Shown: positions 41,601-53,483 of the stretch, piece after piece
Position numbering within the stretch: the first letter of the stretch is position 1
Layout: the number at the start of each line of letters is the position of its first letter
NCBI GenBank assembly: GCA_002633005.1
Contig: NMRA01000114.1
Location: 460,835-524,834, forward strand
Origin: Phoronis australis
Lineage: Eukaryota > Animalia > Phoronida
Direction of reading: 5' to 3'
Length of the DNA stretch: 64,000 nt
Notes under the pieces: generated by a model
The model's input: the letters and a program-made list of their open reading frames with translations, nothing else
What the model was told of the DNA's origin: nothing
Database searches by the model: none
Translations under genes and position numbers: made by a program

Positions 41601-44600
41601 TAGGCACTGCACAAGAATTCAAGCGCAAGTTCGAGACGCCCATTCTCAGGGGCCGTGATGCGGACGCCTCTGATGGGGAGCATCAACAGGGACAGGAGCG
41701 ACTTGCTGAACTGGCAACTATCGTCAACAGGTGCATTATACGCAGGACACAAGCACTGCTGACCAAGTACTTACCTGTGAAAAGTAAGGCACATAGGAAG
41801 TGTAATGAATGTTTGTTTTTGTGCGGTCAATCTTTTCATTTCCTCTGCCTTTTTAAGAATATTCTTTCCTTTGCCATCACCTAAGAGTAGATTTAGACCA
41901 CAGAATGAGTTTCCTCAATCAAAAATATAACTAGACTAAGCTCATATTTTAAATTATAATCCTATTTAAGTTTTGATTTCTTATCAATTTTTCTAAATAT
42001 TATAAAAAGTGAAGTTCAGTATTATTCAACTTAGCTGGCCAAAAAATAATTCATTAAGATGTTCGTATTAACCTCTGTTAAATATAAAATGACCAACGAT
42101 ATGTATTTTTAGTAAAAATAACTTCTGTTGGCTGTCTTGCCCACAGTAGCACGCGGTGTGTTGTCCTCATCTGACTGTCTTTGCAGCTTCTTGTCTGCGT
42201 ATGACTGTCATAATTACCAAAAGTCTTCAGCACTATATCCTAATACCGTGTCTCTCTTTCAGTTGAGCAGGTGGTGTGTTGCCGACTCACCCCTCTACAG
42301 ACTGAGCTCTACAAACTGTTTGTCACTTCCAAGGCTGCTGCACTGGACGTGGGAAAGAACAATAAAGTGTCTCTCTCCTCACTCTCTTCTATAACACAAC
42401 TTAAGAAACTGTGCAATCGTAAGTGGGCTAGTCCAAACTGAGTTTTTCTTGCTGGGATGGGGGTGTTAAGGCTGTAAAACAAGTTTGATTGGCGTATTGA
42501 GAACTATTTTGATGTCAATGCCGAGTGAGCAGGGCATATGCTAGAGCTGGCTCATTGCTATTGTTTTCACTTAATATCATAAAACAGCTACGCTGAATAA
42601 CCATAAAATGCAGTTGTAGAATTCTAGTGTTATTAACTAGAAATGACATACAAACAGCAGCTGATAGCCAAAGTAATAGCTGGTTACTCACTCATTCAAC
42701 ATATTCCGTTGAAAAAGAGCTACGAGATCCTTTGACAAACCATGGGGTGAACATGTGACAGAGGTCACTCGACAGATGTTTTGTGTGGGGCAGCACTACT
42801 TATTAGGACTGTTCATAGCCAAAATGCAAACCTCAAATTGGTACCAAAACTGTGGCCTATGAAAGATTATGTCATTGTTTAAAAAAAACACCCACAGCAT
42901 CATTTTTTAGCAAAGTTCTTCTTTTCTAAGGCTACACAAACACATTTACTATTAAAGCTAGATTTTGTTAACGAATTGGCTTGAAAGTTCAGCAACAATC
43001 ACCCTTTAGTTTGACTCGATTGCACGAGGCGAATGTGTGCATCAAAAGCAGGGTGTAAAATGGTCTCGTTCACTATAAAGTGCTGATGCTGAGGGAGATA
43101 AGTGAAATATGGCCATATCTGAGACTAATGAGCTATTGTTTCAGACCCAGATCTGATCTATGACAAGTGTGTTGAAGGTTATGAGGGCTTTGAGGGTGCT
43201 CTGGATCTATTCCCACAGAGTTATTGTACGAAGCAAGTTCAGCCTGAACTATCAGGTGAGGGGTCTGTACAGCATTCACAGGTCAGGCACTGTCTTTGTG
43301 GGGAAAATTTTCAATCAAAATGTAATTATTATTTAGATAATGTTGCTAAGCTACTTGCATGTAAAATTACATCATGTCTATTAACAGCAGATATCTAACT
43401 TACAATTCTTTAGAATTGCGTGACCATAAAAGAACTTGTAAAGAATGTTAAAGTGAACTGTTGGGGGGCACTGCCCAATTAATAATTAAAGCTTATTTCA
43501 TTATGTCATCACTTTATTGAAAAATGCTGTTCAACAACTTAGGAAAAGTGCCTTCCACATAGTCTGATTGGCATTCTTGAAAGTCCCAGGTTCAAGCCTT
43601 GAACCTGTGAGAACTCCTTACAAACTTATAAATTACTTCTAATAAGTTCCAGAATATCCAAAGTCAACAGTCATGATTGTATGTTCTCGTTTACAGGTAA
43701 ATTCCAGGTACTTGACGGTATCTTGGCCATGGTGAAGGCAACGACCAACGACAAAGTGGTACTGGTCTCAAACTACACTCAGACACTGGACCTGTTTGAA
43801 AAGCTGTGTCGACAGAGGAGGTACAGCCACCAGCCTATCGGGCTATCTTCAACATTTGACTGATGGGTGAAGCCTCGCCCTCTTTTTGTTCATGGGCTCA
43901 AGAAGGAGTGGCTATGAATAAGTTGATCTTTTTATTCAGATATCGTCGAAGTATTATGGGAACTGTGTGGGATGGTCCTATTAGGTCATTCTATTGATTG
44001 CAGTTTTATCTTGAATAATATTTGTCACAGCTCTTAAGTTTCTCTAATTCTATCTGATGGGCCAGGAAATGTTTTACAGAAATGTCCAGTCATATTCTTG
44101 TGCCAAAAGCTGCTGTATTCATTGTTGATTACCCCTATTACATAATGCCTGAGTGGACAACACTAGTTTCTGATGCCACTAGATTACTTTGTTTAAATCA
44201 GCTATAAAGCCACGTTCAGTCACCAGAAACTAACTTTTAAATTTGACCACTTACTGCTACAAAACTCATCTCAATTATTCCTAGCTCATATGAGAATTTT
44301 TTGAGTTTGAAAAAGCTTAACAAAGTGTGAATTGCCTAATAATGACCCGCCATGTCAAGCCAACTTGTGCCTGGTCTCAAGTAGTAATGAGCGTCAGTGC
44401 TTTCCCAGACAAGAAATTGACTCTAGTTTGAATAAGAAAAGAATTGAGACTAATTTCAATGGTACGTGGTGTAGATTAAAGATTTTGTGTGGGGAGGCAG
44501 CCAGTAGTCGCTTTAATATCACTTTCTTTTCATGTAGTCTTCAACTTTAACTTTACATTCACACCACTATATCATGGATGTTTGTTGCAGGTACATTTAT

Positions 44601-47600
44601 GTGCGACTGGATGGTTCTATGTCCATAAAGAAGAGGGCCAAAGTTGTTGAACAGTTCAATAACCCTGCTGTAAGTGTAATGACAATGCTCAGTAATTGCC
44701 TGTATTTAATCGACTGATGTGTAAATTATCAATCACAAAACTTTTAAAAACTCACTATTGAATTATTTATCACCAGGTCAGTGTCATAGAATGTGTGTGT
44801 GTATTTTATTGACAGAGTCGCCTAGCTACTGAGGACTGATGAAAAATGAGTCTAACAACTCCATCTCAGTCCTCCGACAGAGAGATTTTAAATTTCACCC
44901 ACACAGTCAATGGTCACCATAATCAAATTCTTTTACATAGCATCATAGTAATAAAATCATAAGAGAAGCAAAAATCTTACTTACCGTCACTAATGGGTCT
45001 CAATTTGTTATTTAGTCACACTAGAGACAATTTCTTCACTAAAACTGACAATTTGTCATTTTTGGAGACCAAGTTAGGAACAAGTTGAGATCAGTTTTAC
45101 TGTAGTAAGTGGTTTAAGTTAAAAGTTTGTCTCTCTTGACGGTCATGGGTTTCTAGCCATTTTACATAATTTTGTCCAGAAGCTAACTTAGTATGAATTG
45201 ATAAATCCATTGATACCTATTTTTTATGCCATATTTTGAGTGGAACACCATCATTTTTACAAAATTGAATTTTGTTTGTCAGTAGATGTTTCTTCTTTCC
45301 CAACAGAGTCCAGAATTCATCTTCATGCTCAGCAGTAAAGCTGGTGGGTGTGGCTTAAACTTGATTGGTGCTAATCGCCTGGTGATGTTTGACCCCGACT
45401 GGAATCCAGCCAATGATGATCAAGCAATGGCCAGAATTTGGCGTGACGGACAGAAGAAGCAGTGTTACATATATAGACTATTGGCTGTAAGCTATGTGGA
45501 GGAGTGATGTCACTTTTTGAGATAATTGACATTGGTGCCAACATCTGTTCAGCTCATCGCAAAGTATTTGCAGTGTGTTAGTCTTTTATTATCAGCACGC
45601 TTATCAAAACCCTGTCCCCCAGGGCTTGGAATTTTCCGCGGAAACGCGGATTTCCGCTTTTTTCAAATGTTCTGTCCGCGCATTTTATTATATTTCCGCG
45701 TAAAAAAATCGGATTTGATATAAAATTTCCGCGGCAAATTCCTTTCTTACCGCGGCGTTGCCGACGATGTTCACCTCGAAAAGCGGAAGTTGCTCTTTAT
45801 GTTTCGGAAGAACGTAAATTGTCAACATTGCCGGGGCATCTGGTGGGATTTTCAGTGGCGTCTCGTGTGATTGTAAACCGCGGTGACAAATACTATGGCT
45901 CTGCAGCCAAAAATGTGTGGGGGTGGGAGCGGAGGAGTGGATGGACAAGATAAAAAGACGCACACGCATGCTACTGATGTTGGTAACGTTTTTTTTTTTA
46001 GTCCTACCGATTTTTGTCGGCGAAAGGTTCACATTGACTATTTCAAAGCTGGGTAGCGCGCATGTTTTGGGCTGTAAAAATTTCCGCGTTTTTTGTCATT
46101 GGTCATTCCAAGCCCTGGTTCCCTGATTTTTGTAATTTTCAATATGTACGCCCTGGGCATTCACTCTGGGCTTGTACTACATCATCCGGATGAAGGATTA
46201 TGTCTGTGATCCAATCACAATCAATTTCAGACGGGTACGATAGAGGAGAAGATCTTCCAGCGACAAGCTCACAAGAAGGCGCTGAGTAGCTGTGTTGTTG
46301 ATAAAGAAGAGGATGTAGAGAGGCACTTCAGTCTGGGAGACTTGAGGGAGCTGTTCACACTGAATGAGGAGACGAGAAGTGACACACATGATAAGTAAGG
46401 AGTACAGTGCTGGTGGTGTTATATGTGTCCTGGTGTGAACCTGGTATGGTCAGCCTGCAATGAAGGTCACTAGGTGGCGCCATTGAAGCAATTGTCCTGG
46501 ACGTAATGTGTGCCAGGTTGCATGAAACAGATTCAAATAGGGACTCGACTAACTTCCTTGAATTTAATGCATGTTTGTGTACTTGTGAAAACACTGGTTG
46601 TCCTTTCTGATGCTGTTTTTGTTTCGTAACTAAGTCAATTTTCGGCTTTGATTCAAATCAAGAGTAAATTCTGTGTTGAATTCTCAATATTATTGAAAAT
46701 AGGTAGGGATCGTGCAATGCCCCTGATTTAGAATCCTATTTATTTTTATTTAACTAAAGGCTCTGTTCTTAGTTTTATTATTAGAAAATATCATTTTAAT
46801 TAAAGATAAGCTCTTAATAAAAATAATATGAAAGAAAAATATTACATCTGAGTAAAGATCAATACAAAAATGCAAAAGACTTAGGGAATTTAGTCAAGTC
46901 CCGTTTTGGGACTATTTCATGCAACCGAGCAGTGGAATGTTATACCATGGAATCTCATCCAAAAATTTCCCAAATGAAGTGACCAATATTATGCTTTGCC
47001 TTGCTCTTTTATAGTAAATAGATTTGCTATAGCAGTATTATACGGTGTGGGCCCCTAATTGGCTGGCCTTATGAGGATGCAATTTTCCACCTTTAATAAG
47101 CAGACAGTGATATTCCAAACTAGACACGGCCTTATCAGCTTGCAGTTATGTTGAAGAATTTAGTGTGAGGCATGCTGTTGGTGACGGAAATCATTCAGTC
47201 GTAGTCATTAAGTGTTAAATTGTGTTAAAAACAGTCTGACACAAAATAACAGACTATCAAAATGATTATCAGACAAAAATTTCATGCTTCTGTCATATTT
47301 TTGAAAATAGAAATATTCAAACATGAAACATCCGGACCATCATGTATGACAGTAACATACTAGGGTTTTTTGAGGCTTGTCAATTCTTAACTCATTGTTT
47401 ATAATTTGGTTTCACTTGCCTCTTTTTCTGCAGGTTCAAGTGTCGCCGGTGTGTCAATCACGTACAGATGAGAGGTCCTCCAAGTGACTCGGACTGTAAC
47501 AGCGACCTATCACAGTGGAACCACTGCGCTGAAAAGCGGGGCCTCGTAGACACAGTCCTGAAGGGGGCGTGGGGCACCTCTGCCATCACATTTGCCTATC

Positions 47601-47638
47601 ATCACCGATCACACGAGGAGCAGCGGAAGACAGTCTAG
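29686..47638 (+). CDS. RAD54L: DNA repair and recombination protein RAD54-like (SNF2 ATPase), 19 coding exons, 750 aa
   Basis: Exons: 29686-29688 (ATG|gtaagt), 31340-31423 (RRSHAPSL), 31808-31939, 33524-33584 (duplicate copy 34284-34344), 35208-35346, 35920-35989 (VLRPHQRE), 36772-36897 ([11 protein letters not shown]), 37940-38008, 38635-38728, 39393-39517, 40513-40663 ([15 protein letters not shown]), 41604-41783, 42263-42418, 43145-43255, 43697-43820, 44591-44669, 45307-45486 (FDPDWNPA...[11 protein letters not shown]), 46231-46394, 47434-47638 (CRRC...HEEQRKTV*). Total 2253 nt with consistent phases. Confidence 0.96.
29823..30350. repeat. Long imperfect inverted repeat (foldback element 1)
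   Basis: Arm 29823-30029 is the diverged reverse complement of 30136-30350 (e.g. ccgaacaaatactcccg/cgggagtatttgttcg; ctagacagtg/cactgtctag). Confidence 0.8.
30368..30764. repeat. Long imperfect inverted repeat (foldback element 2)
   Basis: ggagctta..ttatttcgatct..ctagtata..aaagaagggag on the left is mirrored by ctcccttcttt..tatactag..agatcgaaataagctcc on the right. Confidence 0.75.
32393..34416 (+). repeat. Tandem near-identical duplication across a single N (probable haplotype assembly artefact)
   Basis: Copy A is 32393-33656 (1264 bp, with MITE), then N at 33657, then copy B 33658-34416 (759 bp). The 505-bp difference equals the MITE (499) plus its TSD (6). Confidence 0.9.
32907..33405. 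mobile_element. ~500-bp MITE, TIR CAGGGCTTGGAAT, 6-bp TSD ATTATT
   Basis: 13-bp terminal inverted repeats with ATTATT on both sides. The element is absent from the duplicated copy of the same locus (~34166). A second family member lies at 45620-46117. Confidence 0.9.
37509..37830 (+). repeat. 34-bp minisatellite, ~9 copies, each containing the palindrome CTCATCATGATGAG
   Basis: Unit aggggctcatcatgatgagaaacagcactctgtc repeated head-to-tail with near identity in a RAD54L intron. Confidence 0.95.
39887..40018 (+). repeat. 43-bp tandem repeat x3
   Basis: tttgggatatggctatt(g/c)cttaagtaattgatggtgaatgctc occurs three times. Confidence 0.9.
45620..46117. mobile_element. ~500-bp MITE, same family as 32907-33405
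   Basis: Same TIRs and closely similar interior; flanks GTCCCC/GTTCCC form a 6-bp TSD with one mismatch. Confidence 0.9.
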
Positions 47639-50473
47639 TCATGTGATCACACACTTGATATTCATGGTAGTCTGAGTCACTACTTACTGATAGCTGTCCT
47701 CAGTGTCTATGCTAATGAGTAGCTGCAACATGTCAATCAAGATAGTAATTCCGGCCAATCAGGGTACTGAAATATATAAACCCAATGATAGCCCGTCTGC
47801 ATCTATTCTGTTTACTACAAACATAGTTTACACGTGAGTGAGCATTTCACATCGCGGTGCCAGTAACCACGTATTTTTGTAAGGTGAATTTCACTTGAGG
47901 CCCACAGTTATCTGTATGGGCTTGCCCTAGCTTTATGGCTTCTTGTCGGCAATTGCAGTGTTTGGCAAGTACAGGTGTCACCAATTTAGAACGCAATACC
48001 ATGGACAAGTTATTTTTTATAAATTTCATTTGCTCATTTCTCCATAAAAGATATGAAGCACAGAACTGGTGCTTTAAAATAAAAAAAAAATAATTGTAGG
48101 TGGTCTGATACACGTTGCACCAGACGTGCGCAGGCCTCGCATGTGGGCCCATTGCACTGATCACCTGCAAATATGTTTATGCTTTATTAATATATGGTTA
48201 AAACCCAGCTGGGGAGCTAGAAACCTGGTTCAAGGGTTTAGCAGTGTGACCTGGTGGGACTTGAACCCATGACCTGGAGTAAAGAAAGCGGGCACTTATC
48301 AACCAGGCCATATTGCCTCCTCAACTGGTGCTTTGCTATGTTAGGGTTTTACAACACAAATACCAGCAGACGAGATTTTGAAAAATAGTTGCCATTCTCA
48401 ACAATATTCGAAGACCAAGAAGAATGAAAATGGTCAATTTTGGCTATCATCTTCGTCTGAAATTGGTGAGATTTTACCGAAAGTTTTATGTTCAGGAGAT
48501 GGCTGCTCTGACGAGAAGTTCACAGGAAGTCTTCTCAATGAAATCTGAACTATGGATGGTTAGCGTTAATAATCCTTGTGCAAGATGTAAACTCTTTATT
48601 GTCAGAATGTAATATTATTTGTTCTACTTGCATTTGGCACATTTTGGTCAGGATCATATTTTAGCGAACTTTGTTTATTCAGAACTGATATAGAAAACGT
48701 GCAATTAATGTTAAATAAACAAAATTACATTGTCATATGAATACTCAGTGACTATAATTTTTCAAGAAGTATCACTATTTATAAGCAGTTTATCAAAGAA
48801 CTACATTGCAAACCAAGATTGCTCACATTTTGTTTAATGTAAGCGCTGATTGTGTATTACTGTTGCTGTTGTGAAGTGATTGAAGATTCTACAGCTTTTA
48901 TGTTGAAAATTTGTCAGTGTTAAAGACGGGACGCTACCTGGTGTTGAAAATGGAAACTAAATTTTAAACCTCCCCGTGCTCACACTCTCAGATAATTTGT
49001 GAAAAATGAACATCACAACAGGTGTTGCCTTAACTTCTCAGATGTTGGACTCCAGCAGCAGATATGTTGGACAGATGCAAGAAATGTCAATAGGTTATCA
49101 GTGTGCAGAGTCTATGTTATAGCGAGGCCTACACTGTTATTGCAGACAGGGGTCATAGTGAAGTCAGTTATTCTTGGAAATAGGGTTAGAGTAATGATAG
49201 GCAACACACTCCAAACTGACATCTGGGAATTATGATACTAATTGAACAAATGAAGTACTTCCTTTGGCTTTCTCAGTCGGCATAGTGTAAAATGCTGGCC
49301 CTTGTTTGTGTAGGCTAGGTGTGGACGCTATCAGTGGATGATACGTCTAGAAGTTTGGAGGCTATAAAGTTTGGAGGCTATAATGTATGGTGGGTGTGGA
49401 CACATACATGTAATTAAAAAATCTAATGAAAAATGTGTGTTAAATACCTTTTAGTAAAATACAGTTTTCCTGAAAACGAAATTAATATTAACTAATTTCA
49501 AGCCCATTTTGGTCTCTACTATCAAATGCTAAACTGGCTATAAGGAAAGCAAAAAATAAGTTTATTGAAGCTGGCAGAATATCAGAATATGTTTAATGTT
49601 GAAACCAACACTCAACATGTCAACAGGAATGAGTAACTGGTAAACAATTATTTCCATGTCTCAAACAGACACAAGTTCATAAATCTCACTGTTGGATTCC
49701 AATGATAGTCTTCAGTAGTCCTCCACTTATACCCTCCATACATACCCTCCAGACTTAGGGGTCTACATTCACACTATGCCTTCCGAGTTGACAGTAAACC
49801 AACCTTCAGGTGACAGAACTGATGTGTACAGTACTGGATTGGTCAGTTCAACAAGATTGTAAGTAAATAAAAACGTTTTCTGTCAATTACTTAATTTATT
49901 AATTAGCAACCTAGGCATTGGCAAAATTATACAACAATGCATATTTAAATATCAACATTGGTATGATTCAACGTTCACAAGCTACTTTGACAAGTGGCTA
50001 ATTCAAATAGATTTATTAAAGTTATGTAGGACCCTGGAAAAATTACAAATTTGACCAACTTTGGAAAATTACATCTCAGAAATGGCTGTTGGATTGGTCA
50101 TTATGAAACTTTCAGATACTATGCTTTGTGTACTGCGCTTCAAAACGATGTAACAGTTTTTTCAAAATGGTCCACTTTAGCACAAGGAGCTATCAAAAGT
50201 AGGACTACAAGATTCCTGCGAAAAAAAAATCAAAAGTGGCATCAAAGAAAAACATATTTTAGAAAACTGTAACAGCATTTTTTAATTTCTCATGTATACT
50301 GAACATTAGTATCAAATGGAATTTGTTAAGTTACTGATACCATAATGCTATGAGCATCTTTCTGTTGTGCCTAACTTTACTAAAAAAATATTCACGTGAA
50401 CCAAATAACAGCACGGTACGAAAAAAAGAACAAGGTCTGCAGGATTTCTACCTTCACAAAATATATATGTTAA

Positions 50474-50709
50474 CATGCGCATACCCAGCCTAAAAATTGG
50501 GGGACTCAGAATTTTGGAGAATGTGGACCTTTTATAAAAAATAACGTGGACCTTTTACTAAACAAACAGAAAGAATGGGATGCGTTCAGTCGCCGAATTT
50601 TGGTAATTAATGCCTTTTAGTAGACTTATGTCTTGTTTTTGACTTTTCGGACTTCTTGTTTCTCTGAGGCGGACCTTTTTGCCCACTTTGCCAAATGGAT
50701 GCACGCATG
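50474..50709. mobile_element. MITE with CATGCG... TIR and 5-bp TSD (GTTAA)
   Basis: Imperfect TIR CATGCGCATACCC/GGATGCACGCATG; GTTAA on both sides; interior homologous to 53842-54117. Confidence 0.75.
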
Positions 50710-51618
50710 GTTAACTGACTTAATTACTACAGTTGAGTAGATATTTGGCTAAATTAACAGACTTCTTGATAACGTCCCACATAACATTAAAACAGACAGT
50801 TGGCCTCAGTGATATCAACATTCATTTATTTTCAAAGATGAGTGATCTAACTCAGAAATTGGCACGAACAGGTTCAATAAATGTTCAAATTACATTGTAA
50901 GAGTATTTGATTTCACACACTTAAGTTAAGAACTTTACTGGTCATCAAGTCCACTTAATCTAAGTTCCTTTCTATACATAGTTAAAGCTTGCTTAAATCA
51001 GAAATGCACAAGTTAGATTTTCGCTAAACTATGATCAAGGTCACCGCTATATTTGTTCTAATTTGTGCACTTGTATAATCAGATTATGCCATAGTCTGAC
51101 GAAATCTTGTAGTTTGGTTGAATCTTACTTATGCAAGTTTTACTGTAAAATTCACAAAATTTCCATCGACTTGTCTTGATACTTGAAAAAGAGTTAAAAC
51201 AAAAACTGCAGTAAAAGTACTGTGCAAATTATACCAACAACTAAAAGATTTAATCGTGAAAGTTCCATTTTATTCATATGAGTCTCTGACTCCAAGGAAC
51301 AACATCACTAAAAAACTAAAGTTACGCACAAAAAATAGTCTTGGCGATTTCAACAATATCACAGAAAAAATGTCGAGGTACATAATTACTCACACAAACT
51401 GACTGGCAATGAACTCATAAGAGTGAGAAAAACTAAAATAAACTACACAGCGGAACTTCAAGTTCACGTTAGTATGCAATAAGTACACCATTCACTGTCA
51501 CTCCCTCAGATAAACAAACACAGACAAAAACCTTGTTGCATACGCATTTGATAAATGTTAGCAAACATAACAAACAGCAATCCTATCAGCTGTTGCATAG
51601 CCTAATAGTACATGCATG

Positions 51619-51800
51619 GTAAAATCTCACCAATTTAAGACCCAGTGTGGAGGAAAATGAATTCTTTTTCTCTCGCTTTTTTCAAGACCTGAACCATAGC
51701 TGACCATGAATTGTGTAAATTGTGAGCACCTACAGCAAAGTTACAAGCCCTTGAAAATGATATCCTGGCGATATTGTTTCCAAAATTGATGAGATTTTAC
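51619..51800. mobile_element. Short MITE, TIR GTAAAATCTCACCAATTT, in the DNAJB 3' UTR
   Basis: 18-bp inverted termini; related copy at 56659-56891 and a terminus at ~48460-48478. Confidence 0.7.
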
Positions 51801-51825
51801 GTAATTTATATCCATAATACACGCA

Positions 51826-52854
51826 TTACGAATCTGGCAGACAGTCCCTTAAAATCTCTTTTGTGGGTGGTGAGATTGTCCTCGGGAACTGAATGTCAAA
51901 CTCTACAATCAGGTCCCCCTTTCTCGACGGCTGCTTCGGTAATGGCAGGCCCTCGCTACTCACGCGCCTCGTTGACCCCGGCTGTATGATGTCATTATAG
52001 TGTAACTGCAACCGTCGACCGTCTAGTGTAGGGATGGTGATCTGTGCACCACAGAGTGCTTGTTTTAATGGTATTTTACACTTGTACCTAATATCACTAC
52101 CATCCCTTTTGAATGTCGGGTGAGGCTTGTCTTTCACTACAAACACTATGTCAGCGGGTACGTTGCTAGATGTTTGGTCGCCTTCCTTCGGGAAGGTTAT
52201 TTTCGTACCGGCCTTCCAACCAGGTTTAATGTCAACACTTAATATTTTATCTTCCTGTCTCGTTGTGCGCCCGTCAGGATTCAAAACCTTGCGGGAGATT
52301 TTCAGTTTTTTCGTGCATCCCGTGTAAATATCCTCCAACGATACGTTCAAGTCGTGCACTATAGCAGGGTCCTTTCTTTTTCGACGAGGTCCCATACCGC
52401 CACTAAATCCACCAAACGTGTCTTCGTCCGTATCCATAGCCTCAGGACCACCAAAGTTAAAGAACCTCTGGTGCATTCCCCCACCATGAACACCACCACC
52501 ACCATTTCCCCCAAAAGAGAAAAAAGCGAACGGATCCTCGTCACCAAAGAACATTTTGAAGGTCTCTCGCGGATCACCGTGGTATGTGTAATGAAAGTTA
52601 CCACCAGGGCCACCTGAGCCTCCCGCTCCTGCCTTCAACCCCTCCTCGCCATATTTGTCATAGATTTCCTTTTTGTCCTTATTACTCAGAACATCATAAG
52701 CCTCTCCGATCTCCTTAAACTTCTCTTCCGCATTGGGCGACTTGTTCTTGTCTGGGTGATACTTCATTGCAAGTTTTCGATACGCCTTCTTGATCTCCGT
52801 TTCTCCAGCATCTCGGTTTATGCCGAGAACCTTGTAATAGTCTTTGCCCATCAT
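51826..52854 (-). CDS. DNAJB4: DnaJ homolog subfamily B (DNAJB1/4/5-type Hsp40), uninterrupted CDS
   Basis: [10 protein letters not shown]...HPDKN J-domain, G/F-rich linker and C-terminal substrate-binding domains ([18 protein letters not shown]). It is probably the pro-ortholog of vertebrate DNAJB1/4/5, so the symbol is nominal. A putative 5'-UTR intron lies at 52858-53086. Confidence 0.95.
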   Translation of the reverse strand: MMGKDYYKVLGINRDAGETEIKKAYRKLAMKYHPDKNKSPNAEEKFKEIGEAYDVLSNKDKKEIYDKYGEEGLKAGAGGSGGPGGNFHYTYHGDPRETFKMFFGDEDPFAFFSFGGNGGGGVHGGGMHQRFFNFGGPEAMDTDEDTFGGFSGGMGPRRKRKDPAIVHDLNVSLEDIYTGCTKKLKISRKVLNPDGRTTRQEDKILSVDIKPGWKAGTKITFPKEGDQTSSNVPADIVFVVKDKPHPTFKRDGSDIRYKCKIPLKQALCGAQITIPTLDGRRLQLHYNDIIQPGSTRRVSSEGLPLPKQPSRKGDLIVEFDIQFPRTISPPTKEILRDCLPDS

Positions 52855-53174
52855 TTGCTGTAAACAGGAGAATTGCAGTGTTCAGTGATCGGCCACCATA
52901 TTAATATTGAACATTCGCAAGCTCACGCAGTTAAAGACTTTTGATTTTGAATTGACAAGTTTGTCGCAGGAATGCCACAGGATTTGAATTGAGTCTTGAC
53001 ATTTTGACAACACGACACTGAACTAGTTGAATACACCAAGTTCTACATTTGGAAAACACAAGCATTTCAAGAAAATAAACACTAACCTGCAATATTGAAC
53101 TTTTTCACTGAAAGACAACTAGTAAAACGCGTTCCAACTTCACGAAGACTGCGAAATTTGCTTGTTTACAATAA

Positions 53175-53221
53175 TTTATACACCCAACGATTACTCTCTC
53201 TAGAATAATCTCGAACCTTCT
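53175..53221 (-). promoter_or_regulatory. TATA box plus heat-shock element of DNAJB
   Basis: TATAAA on the minus strand at 53175-53180. Alternating nGAAn/nTTCn array cTCtaGAAtaATCtcGAAccTTCt at ~53197-53221, just upstream of the TATA box, which is the usual HSF-target layout. Confidence 0.75.
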
Positions 53222-53483
53222 GCGCGCTGAAACGTCATTTCCTTGTTTGAATCTAAAAATAGAGTTTAAGACATTAAATTGAGGCTGGTTGATACACAAA
53301 ATGTTTCTTATTATTTCACGCTAAAGAATAAATAAAATAAATATCTGTGATTAAAAAATTATTTCATCTAAATCACCTACATTTGATGAAATAAAAGCAT
53401 AAGTTGTATTTCATAAAATCTCTCCCAATCTAGCCTTTGACCAAGCCTGTGACCTTTGACACGTTTAGCCGGCAGGAAGCAGA

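Noticed and set aside
44831-44874. Hairpin GAGGACTGA...TCAGTCCTC containing CTGATGA as a hammerhead ribozyme or snoRNA
   Set aside because: It lacks the GAAA half of the hammerhead core after a stem II and has no D box or guide.
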